NCBI GenBank assembly: GCA_028023455.1
Contig: JAQFVV010000002.1
Span: forward strand, 31,062,001 to 31,126,000
DNA from: Epiperipatus broadwayi
Lineage: Eukaryota; Animalia; Onychophora
Length of the DNA stretch: 64,000 nucleotides
Direction: 5' to 3'
The position numbers and the translations under genes were made by a program. This document shows positions 52,398 through 62,169 of this stretch, in pieces. The first letter of the stretch is position 1, and each line of letters begins with the position of its first letter. The notes beneath the pieces are model-generated. The model was given only the letters and a program-made list of their open reading frames with translations, was not told the origin of the DNA and made no database searches.

Positions 52398-53325
52398 CCA
52401 CTTTGACATCTAAGTAACAGATTAATGTCCACCTCCCATCTACAGCTGGAGATAACAAGCCTAGGCTAAGCTTAGTGAAAGACTTTAAAAATGCAATTTA
52501 AAAGTTTGATCACATGATCAATTAATCACGAAGACAAAGGGAATTAATCTGAATATCATTTTAGAAGTCGTCATTTTTAGACAGTTAAATGGTGACTCTT
52601 AAAAGAAATAGATGGAATAGTGATAAGACAATTTTATTTTTAAAATGAAAAGTGGGAATGATTAAATTAAAGACGCATTTCATTTATATATATATTCCAC
52701 CAAAATTTATTTGTAGTAATTAAAAAATTAGGGCAGATGAAAAAATATGTGCTTCATTCTCTAAACTAAAATTAATATGTATTAACAATCTATACATGAA
52801 AATATATATTTCAGCTGAAGTAATCTTCTTGGCTTTGAATTCAAACCAGAAGCTTTTGAAATTAAACCAAAGACAGGATGACTATTTTTTAAGTTTGATG
52901 TGAGGCTCAAATCCCTTTTACCATATAGACATTTTTGATTATCTCAAAGTTGAACTATTTTTCAAGTAGTACAAATAAAATATAATACTAATCAAAGTTT
53001 TTAAGTACTCTTCCTATATTGTATGATAAATACACGTGTTTTTCCTGTGCACGTGTGCTTTGCATTTTTGAGCATGTCTTATATGAATTTGTGAAAAGTT
53101 TTGTGAAGTGTCAAAGTTGTAGAACATTTTTTAAAATCAAAGTAAACATTTTACATAATTGTAAACCATTGTAATAGTATAATTGTAAACCATTGTAATA
53201 GTATATTTGAAAAGAATTAAGTGTTATTACTTTGTCATTAAGTGGTTATTCTCTTTGTGAACTGAGAACTTAACACGTGACAGCAACGAAAGATTAGCAC
53301 ACAATTATAACACCTAAAAAACACT

Positions 53326-53367
53326 ATTAAAACCGGCAAAACTATCTATACCTGTGATGTTTATTGG
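53326..53367 (+). mobile_element. 42-bp minimal family A insertion
   Basis: attaaaaccggcaaaactctatac joined to tgtgatgtttattggc; 10-bp TSD AAAAAACACT at 53316-53325 and 53368-53377. Confidence 0.75.
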
Positions 53368-53418
53368 CCAAAAAACACTGGTGGTATGACTTCTTTTGAT
53401 TTACAAATTTTATCATAC

Positions 53419-53648
53419 TTTTTTTTTCATATGTCATAGCATCGGCCGGGACACGAACCCACAACCGTCTGCAACCAACTACTTGCTTGCAAGGTGGCTG
53501 CGATGACCTCTGGGCTAACAATGCTTGACAATTTTAGCATACTTTTTTTTTCATATGTCATAGCATCGGCCGGGACGCGAACCACAACCGTCTGCAAACA
53601 ACTACTTGCAAGGCAGCTGCGATGACCTCTGGGCTAACAGTGCTAGAC
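53419..53648 (-). mobile_element. Tandem dimer of tRNA-Gly-derived SINE
   Basis: Two copies (53419-53529 and 53543-53648) separated and flanked by three copies of AATTTTA.(C/T)ATACT. Confidence 0.85.
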
Positions 53649-54059
53649 AATTTTATTATACTTGACCACCAAAGTTTATTTTTATAGCATAAGTTGCAGG
53701 CATTTTTTAAGTCGTGATTTTTTATCCTTTTTCCAAGAAATAATAATTAAATTACTTTAATTTTTTTATATATATAAAGACTTGCTGTAGTTGAATTTAA
53801 AAAAGATTAAAGCTAATTGTTATTTTTTAAGAATTTTTAAGAAATCAAATGGGGAGAAGACAAGTTGACCTATTCAAATAAGAAAACGAAAAGAAAATAG
53901 TAATCAGTAAATGTTTACATTTTAAATGTTCTGATATAAAAATGTTTATTAAAATATTAAAATTATTACACTATTGTTATTACTTATTACATTTAATAAA
54001 ATGGAAAAAAATTCAATGATAAATACTTATTTTTTGATTACTCTAGTAGAAAGAGTTGG

Positions 54060-55445
54060 TAATCATTAGTAGGCATTTAGGGACATTTATTGATGCTTGG
54101 GGGATCACTGTACTACTACTGAAAATACCAATTGATAAATGGAACAAGAAATGGAAGAATGCTTATTTTTATAAACAAAAATAAATAAAAATAATGTGTT
54201 AAGTAAACAAAATAAAAAAATGTGTACTTTTTTTAAGCAAACAGCTAACAAATTTAGATATTTAATTAGATAAAAATTAAAATATGAATTAGTTGTGCAA
54301 ATACGAATTTACATGTACAAATTCATTTTTTTTTAAAAAAGAAAATGTAAAAAATGAACAAGAAAAAAATACAAATTTAATTGTACAAAGTAATTTTTTA
54401 AAAAAAACTAAAAAATTTTGTTAAAATCCTATAACAATTAGGGATAACATTTTATTTTTTGAATTTATCACAATTTCCCGGTCAATCTAGGTTTTATTAC
54501 TTTGTAGCAGTGGCCTTTTTAAAGAGGTTTATCACTGCTATTCTTTGATAAAGTCAAACATCAGCTAGATTTTATTAGTTTATACACATTTTCTTTTATA
54601 ACTTTAGCACCACTTTCAAATGAAGCATCTGGTAGATTTTTTGCATGCTTGTACAGGTGATAGTATTGATGTTTTTTTTATGATATTACAGTAGGAAGGA
54701 AAAATAAAACCAATGGAAATGATAATTTGACCAAAATAAAGTGAAAGTAATAATTTTCTATGTGTGTTTTGGAGAGATGGCATTTAAAGTGAGAAGTAGG
54801 TTTATCTTGTCTATGCAAGAACCTAAAGAAAATAGGTAGTGTGGGGTTATGTATAACTTTTTTTTGCAAACCAATGATGTTAAAATAATTACTTTGTGTG
54901 TGTTTTTTTCAAAAATAATATTACAGGTGGTTTTAAATTTTAATGAACAATAGCTCTAAAAAAGACAAATTCTATGAAATAATAAAATCTAGCTTGACTT
55001 CAAAGCAATGATAAATCAGAAAAATAAAACACAAATATAGGATTTCAACATTCTGTCATGATTTTTATTTTTTTAAAATTATTTTGTAAAATTTATTTCA
55101 TATTTTCTTCTTTTTATTTGCTAATTTTTTTGTATAACTAAATTTGTATTTTTTTCTTCTTGTTTATTTATAACCATTATTTTTTTTTAAAAAAAAACTA
55201 ATTTGTCTAAGAAAATTCATATTTATATAACTAATTCATTTTTTTCTTGTTTATTTAATTAAATTTTTTAACCATCTGTCAATAGCAGTATCATTTCTGA
55301 AAACACACATTATTTTATTTTTGTTTGTAAATAAATACAAAAACATTTTCACTATTTGATCCATTTATTACTTGGTCTTTTCAGAAATTGTATGATGGCT
55401 CCCCCAAGGGTCAATCAATGTTTCTTTGCATTTGCTAACTGATTC
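54060..55445. repeat. Old long inverted repeat (arms about 400 bp, spacer about 600 bp)
   Basis: Arms about 54060-54440 and 55035-55445 (acatttattgatgcttggggga versus tcccccaagggtcaatcaatgt); strongly diverged. Confidence 0.6.
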
Positions 55446-55594
55446 TGTATTAACACAAAAATAAATTTTATGCAGTAAATTATCATTTTACTGAGTTATG
55501 TTCTAAATTTTATATTTTTTTCATCTTATGGTATATAATAATTTAGCTATGAATCAGAGAAATGAAATTAGAAGACTTTATAAGACATCAAAAA

Positions 55595-56432
55595 TTTTAT
55601 ATAATGAGCATGCTGTTAGCTCTTAACAAGCTTTTCAGAATATCCCCGTCCCCAGACTGGTTTCATGCTTTTGACATTCCTCAGTGAGGTGCTAGGATAT
55701 TCAAGCATTAGATTTAAAATACCAGGTCAAGCCCAGCACTTTATCTAATGATTAACTATTAACTAAAAAATCTGAAATTTTTCGACATCCTTATGTCTTC
55801 AAATCCAGTTATCCAACTTAAATAGCTATATGGACTGAACAAAGTTCAGATACAACATATATTAGTAGCTTTAGCAATATAAAATTGTCAAAGCCTTAAA
55901 GAGCAAAACAATAATTGCATGAATATATCATGTGATTTAATTGAATAAGTTTGTATTACTAATACTATATAATGAGCATGCCAATAGCTCTTAACATGCT
56001 TTTTAGAATATCCATATCCCCAGACCAGTTTCATACATTTGGCATTCTTCAGGCTCTTAAGGCTTTAACAATTTTATATTGCTAAAGGTATTACTATATG
56101 GTGTATCTGGATTTAGTTTAGTCCCATATGACTATTTAAGTGAGATAGCTAGATTTGAAGACATATTGATGTCCAAAAATTTCAGATTTTGTACTTAATA
56201 GTTAACCATTAGATAAAATGCTGGGCTTGACCGGCTATTTTAGATGTAATGCTTGAATATCCTATCACTTCACTGAGGAATGCCAAAAGCACGAAACCGA
56301 TCTAGGGATAGGAATTTTTTGAAAAGATTATTAAGACCTATTGTCATGCTCATTATATAACATTTGTAATACAAGCTTATTAAATTAAGTCACATGATAT
56401 ATGACTTGGATTTTCTTGAAATTATTGCAAGG
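55595..56432 (+). mobile_element. Family B tandem plus fold-back insertion (B2) with three HHRs
   Basis: Inverted part about 55598-56053 with HHR GUC sites at 55655 and 56023; sense arm 56053-56420 with an HHR at 56269-56307. Possible TSD CATCAAAAA at 55586-55594 and 56433-56441. Confidence 0.85.
55650..55689 (-). ncRNA. Type I hammerhead motif (family B)
   Basis: CCUCA-CUGAGGA-AUGU(CAAAA)GCAU-GAA-ACCAGU-C-UGGGG; stem I extends by GAAUAUCC/GGAUAUUC. Confidence 0.85.
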
Positions 56433-57480
56433 CATCAAAAAAGAAATAATTTCCAAAAGAGAGCAATAAACTGTTAAAGAGTGATGAATGTGGAATGACT
56501 AAATCAATGAATGCAAATGCTGTGATAAAAGCCATTGATTGACATAACATGCCCATATAAAGATGTTTCACAGCTTTTTTTACTTGATTGTCAAGCATCT
56601 TTCTTATGCATTGTAAAGATTTGTTACCAATTTAGTTCTTTTATTTATAATTGTGTGCATGAAATAATGCTGTACTTTAAAAAAAAAATTCTGCTATGAA
56701 CTTATAATAATTTTGGTTAAATTAGTAAATGAAAATGACATAGGGAAGAAATTAATTCCAAAATAAATAGTAAAATTATCAGAGTCTAAGTACTAAATGA
56801 CAAAAATTGCAGAAATGACAATGGAAATTTCCAGATTAAGCAATTCACATTATAATATCATGGAATAGATGGAAAGTCTTTTATTATTGTGAATTAATGA
56901 AAATCAAATGGCAAATAATAGTGATATAACAATTCTTGTGCTTATAATGGATCTCTTTTAGTTTTTACTAAAATTCAACTATCACATTTAAATGTACATT
57001 GAAGTAAAAAGTTAATACATTAATTTTATATGTATTTTAAATGATTTTATGTTAACTTCCCCTATCTGTATATGCTTCCGTCTGTATGTCCATATGTCTA
57101 CATTTTTGAATTTTTAACTATGAAAAAAAAATCACTTTGCATTTAGAATCCGAACTCACATTCTTATTCTTCCCAAGAAAACTCCTTAACAACTGAGCCC
57201 ATGGAAATATTACATTTGTAGAATAAAATTTTGTTAATATTGATTTAACTCATACTTAATTAATTAAATTAATTAAAAAAACCATTACATAAATATTTTT
57301 ACATAGTGTATGGTCATTGATATTTAAATTTAGAATTTGTTTGTTAGAGGATATTTTTTATTTTTGTGTCATTATTAAATTATATTTTTTGTCAGATGTT
57401 TTTGTCATTTTAACTATTTATAGAAATATGTCAATATAATTAAAAAGTAAAAAAAAAAAAAAGATGTAAAAAAAATTTTT

Positions 57481-57858
57481 TTTTAAATAATGCTTTTGTG
57501 TAAATAGGTGATTAAAAAAATAGAAAAATAACAAAGTAATGTGTCTCTGTTAATTTGCCCTTCTTGGAAAATATCAGAGATTTTAAGAATCTACATTTGT
57601 TATAAAACAATTGCAAATTGCAGAAATATTGTCATTTTATAAAAGTATTTGAGATTCAAATAAATCAAAAAAATCAAAAAGGCCTCAGATGCTTTTAGGA
57701 AAGAACAATATTCCGGCAATTTCCAATTGTCTTATAAAAAGCATTGATTTTTAACATTTCTGATATTTTCCAAAAATCACAAATTAATTGAGAGGCAAAT
57801 TACTTTGTTATTTTTCTACATTTTAATTGGTTATTTACATAAAAACAATATTAAAAAA
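57481..57858. repeat. Diverged fold-back inverted repeat (arms about 150 bp)
   Basis: tagaaaaataacaaagtaat...ttggaaaatatcaga is mirrored. Confidence 0.7.
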
Positions 57859-58401
57859 AAAAAAGTACTATTTTTACATTTAAATTTTTGATTTTATTAT
57901 ATATTTTTTTGTTTATATATGATAGATACTTTGTTCTATGATCATGAAAGAGATTATTCTAAATATGCATTTTAATGTATAGTAGGGGAAAAAAAATTGA
58001 AAGAATGTGCTTCAGCATCCTGTTATATTTGTTAGACAGGACTTCAATGCATATAATAGTTTTTTAACCTATAATTTAAATTAGTATGCTGTTATATAAA
58101 TGGCAAAAAAATAAAAATATTCTTCCAACATTTATAAAATACTCTAATCATTCAATGTAACATTATTTTTTCTTTATCAAAGTTTGAAACTTCAGAGTCA
58201 ATCAACTCGCCCTGATTACACATCATATTTTCCTCTAATCTATATAGCATTTACAAGCTTCAAATCTATTTCCATTCTATCTAATTTCCATAGCATTATC
58301 TTTATCAAATAACTTTAGCTTTAAAATGATGAAATCCCAACATAAAACCAAAAATGCCACTTTTTATATATTCACTTATTCTACAAATTCATAATTTAAA
58401 T

Positions 58402-59280
58402 AGAGGGGATTTGAACACAGACTTTCAAACTCTCTTCACTAAATCTTATACAGTGGTTACATATGAGCACATACATGTGAAAAAGATAAATGATTTCCAT
58501 TATATAATTTTATGCTGACCAGCACTCATCAGTTGGTTCTGATCATCATCTTCATATATATATATAATCAATGCTTGGTTTATATTACGATAGCAAATCT
58601 CAAACTTTAAGGGACAAGCTTCAACCTTCTCCAACTCTTCAGCCATCCATATTGAAAGTATGATGATGATATGTGCAAAGCCCTTGTTTGCCAATTTTGT
58701 TGTCATGCCCATGTTGACCATAAGCCATTCTGATTCTTCATATGGAGAATCTTAAGACTATTTAGATACACAGTAGAGGGATGGGCAGAATACAGGTTGA
58801 ATCTATAATATTTAAATATGATTGTACTAAATATACTTGCTAGGTGTAATTAGAGGGGCTTTAACCCAGACTTTTGAACTCATTCAGTTATCCATTCCAT
58901 CTTTATACAACCAGTACACATAAACACATAGATATGAAAAAGATAAATGATCTTCAATATATGTATGTACTTTGTGTTGAACCAGCACTCATCATAATTT
59001 GTCATGATCATCATCTCCCACACACATATAATCAATGCCCAGTTTATATTAAGATAGCAAATCTACAAACTTTAATGGACATACTTTAATCTTCTTCACC
59101 CTCCAACTCTTCAGCCATCTATATCATTGAAAATATATTGATGATCCAGACCAACTGATGAGAGCTGGTTAAGCATGAAATACATATATTGGAGATCATT
59201 TATTTCAAATGTATATAGTCTCATATGTATCTATTGAATAAGATGGAGTGGATGACTGAAGGGAGCTTGGAAGTCTAGTT
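58402..59280 (+). mobile_element. Family D tandem plus fold-back insertion (D3)
   Basis: Inverted tandem with a 450-nt period (58402 and 58852), then a sense arm about 59138-59280. HHRs at 58497-58536(-), about 58960-58995(-, decayed) and 59151-59192(+). Confidence 0.85.
59151..59192 (+). ncRNA. Type I hammerhead motif (family D)
   Basis: CCAA-CUGAUGA-GAGCU(GGUUA)AGCAU-GAA-AUACAUAU-A-UUGG; predicted cleavage after AUA. Confidence 0.75.
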
Positions 59281-59481
59281 TAAGTATATATACTAGTATT
59301 TAAATTAATTATTTGTATCTTTTTTCTTATATGTACACTGTAATAACAAATGGTTAATTTTTTTTTTATTAAAAGGGGAAATTTATTCTTGAAAATAAAA
59401 ATACAATAACATTGTTGTCAGTTAGAAAACATAAGTTCATAATAAATTGAATATTGAGTAGTTTGTTAATGTTCGCACTAC

Positions 59482-59676
59482 GATGTAGTTAGTGTTATGC
59501 AATGAGTGTTTTGTATCTGAGATTAATTCTTATCCCGGTTTCCTGGAACAAACGGTCTGGAGCCAGAAGTTGGCCTCTGGATGTAGTTAGTGTTATGCAA
59601 TGAGAGCTTTGTATCTGAGGTTAATTCTTGCCCCGGTTTCCTGGAACAAACGGTCTGGAACCAGAAGTTGGCCTCT
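59482..59676. repeat. Tandem duplication, 98-bp unit
   Basis: Two near-identical GC-richer units; origin unknown. Confidence 0.9.
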
Positions 59677-59718
59677 ATCCTTAATTTTAGAGATCAATTC
59701 TGTGAAAACATGACAAAT

Positions 59719-59819
59719 GTCAAGGGTTGGTGGCCGAGTGGTCAGCACAGCCGCCTTACAAGCAGTTGTCGCGGGTTCGCTTCCTGGCCGACTCTTTGAC
59801 ACATGAAAAAAAAAAAAAA
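59719..59819 (+). mobile_element. tRNA-Gly-derived SINE with a 25-bp TSD
   Basis: AATTCTGTGAAAACATGACAAATGT at 59696-59720 and 59818-59842. Confidence 0.9.
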
Positions 59820-60440
59820 TTCTGTGAAAACATGACAAATGTTGCGATTGGTTTGAGTAAATATTAGCTTGCATCTGGTAAGTCAAACTGCAAAATGGAG
59901 AAAATTGGAAAGTCTGATAATAGAGAAGATGCCATTTTCTATGGATTTGCTAATGAGAAAAACATCTGTTATTTCATGTGACACACTATTAACAATGAAA
60001 ATGCGAAGTGGAGGTAGAAAGGAGCAGGAATAAAAGAGATGCTGGATATTTTGAGATTTTTTTATGAAGTTTACAAAATAAAACCTCTTTTTAGTTTCTC
60101 TTAGTTTTAAGAAATAGGCTAATTTCCTTACTATTACAAAATGAATTGCTAGTAACAATCTTCCTATTTTTGTATAAACTTAAACTTTTTTTGTTGTTAC
60201 TTTTAATATTTGCTATCCATCACTCTAACCTTCTGTCTTTTATCAATGATATAGTTCTGCAATCCTTACTCCAATAGTGAGATTATTCATTTCACTTTTT
60301 ATATAGATGATCTAATACAACCCCCCCCCCAATATCCTACTATCTTTCACATCCATCTTATAGCTTGCCTTTTTTTAAAAAGTCTGTTTTAAAAGTTATT
60401 TTAGTTTTTATAGTACTATTCAACAACTGTTATCTATTAT

Positions 60441-60595
60441 CACATGACTACCACCTCTTATGCTTGTGTATAACTATTGTTAAACAGGGATTGGATGAGT
60501 AGGCACTAGATGGGGATTTTATGCATAAGCCTTCTGGCATCCATTGATTACTCTAGCTTGCTGTGTGTGGCAATACGTATAGTGAGTTTTGCCTT
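60441..60595 (-). mobile_element. Family A insertion (A10), mirror orientation, no HHR core
   Basis: 11-bp TSD TTATCTATTAT at 60430-60440 and 60596-60606. Confidence 0.8.
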
Positions 60596-60696
60596 TTATC
60601 TATTATGGCATATAAAAAAGTTAATCATCTCATCTTTTTTTGAATTGCTTCATATGTTTTCAGAATCTGTATGAACATTACTTGTAAATATGTATT

Positions 60697-61170
60697 TAAT
60701 ATTTGATTAAATACAAGTGCAATGTATAAATGTAACCATAAGGGATTTGAACACAGACTTTCAAGCTCCCTTCAGCTATCTATTCTATATCATACAACCT
60801 ATACAATGACAGACACATGTGAAAAAGATAAATAATGTCCAATATACATATTTCGTGCTGAACTAGCACTTATCAGTTGGTCCAGATCATCATCTCTTAC
60901 ACACATACAATCAGTGCTCAGTTTATATTAAGTTATCAAATCTTCAACTTTTACTGAACAGGTTTCAATCTATTCCACCCTCCAACTCTTTGCCCATCCA
61001 TAGCATTGAAGATCTGATGAAATACCCAAATCCCTTGTTGATGCCAATATTATTATTATGCCCATGTTGATTTTTAAGTCACTCTAACCAATCTATTTAA
61101 GTTCACAGAAGAGGATGGTCAGGATACAGACTGAATCTGTAATATTTGATTGAATACAAGTAAAATATAT
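60697..61170 (-). mobile_element. Family D full monomer (D4; 443-nt period)
   Basis: TAATATTTGATT(A/G)AATACAAGT at 60697-60718 and 61140-61161. HHR at 60839-60880(-, G8A). Confidence 0.85.
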
Positions 61171-62169
61171 ACTTGGAATTTAAAACACATTTATTCAACA
61201 ATGTAGTGTTAAGTTATACATGTAATTTAAATGGAAGAAAACTACCTTTCCACTCTGCGTTATGAATAGATAGCACTTCATGTCAATAGTTGTTTGAAAA
61301 GGTTGGCCACACATTTTCAAAGCCTACTATTAAATAAATCAACGTTTATTGACAGTGTTGGAAATAGAGCATACTTTACTTTAAAAGCTAAATTTTTAAA
61401 TCAGTTTATTACTAATATAGGTTTGAGTTATATATCCCAGAATGGAGGAAATTTTATTTTTAACAACCTTCAATAATAAACATATATTATAGGATTGTAG
61501 TTATTAAATCATTAATAATTATTAATTACTTTTATACAAATTAATGTGATTCATTGAGATGCTTATTTATTTAGTTTATTTTTAAAAAAACTTACTATTC
61601 TTGGATCTTTATTTTTGTTTTTTTACATAAAATCAATAGTAAAATTATGACTTTCATCACATTTAAATATTTTTCACATGATATTATTTTATTCTAAATT
61701 TTTTCCCCATATAAAAACATAATAGCAGCATCATTATCAAGGACTATGCTCTCTCTAATTGTTTTGGTGTTTTAAGTCCATATCAATCTTATTAATGTTC
61801 TTAAACTTCTAAAACTTTTAACATTATACTGTGAAAATATTTGATTGCCCAAAATACTATAAATCAAATTGTGTAAAAGTAATAAAGTAAAGCTTTCAAT
61901 ATAGCCAAAGATACACATATGGCTTTCAGAGATAGCAAAATGGTACTGCCTTAGTATAAAATTTATTAAATTTATGAAATTTTAGTGTTATGTTTTTAAA
62001 CATGGTCACATATGACACTCTAAAGCAGAAAAATGTCTGCTGCCATATTGTATAATTTATTACATTTACACATTTTAATGTCTTTTTTTTGTTTATTTGC
62101 ACATACTTGCAATAACCATACTAAATTGTATTATTTTTATACTCCTTTACTTCTTTTGCATTTTTCTTC

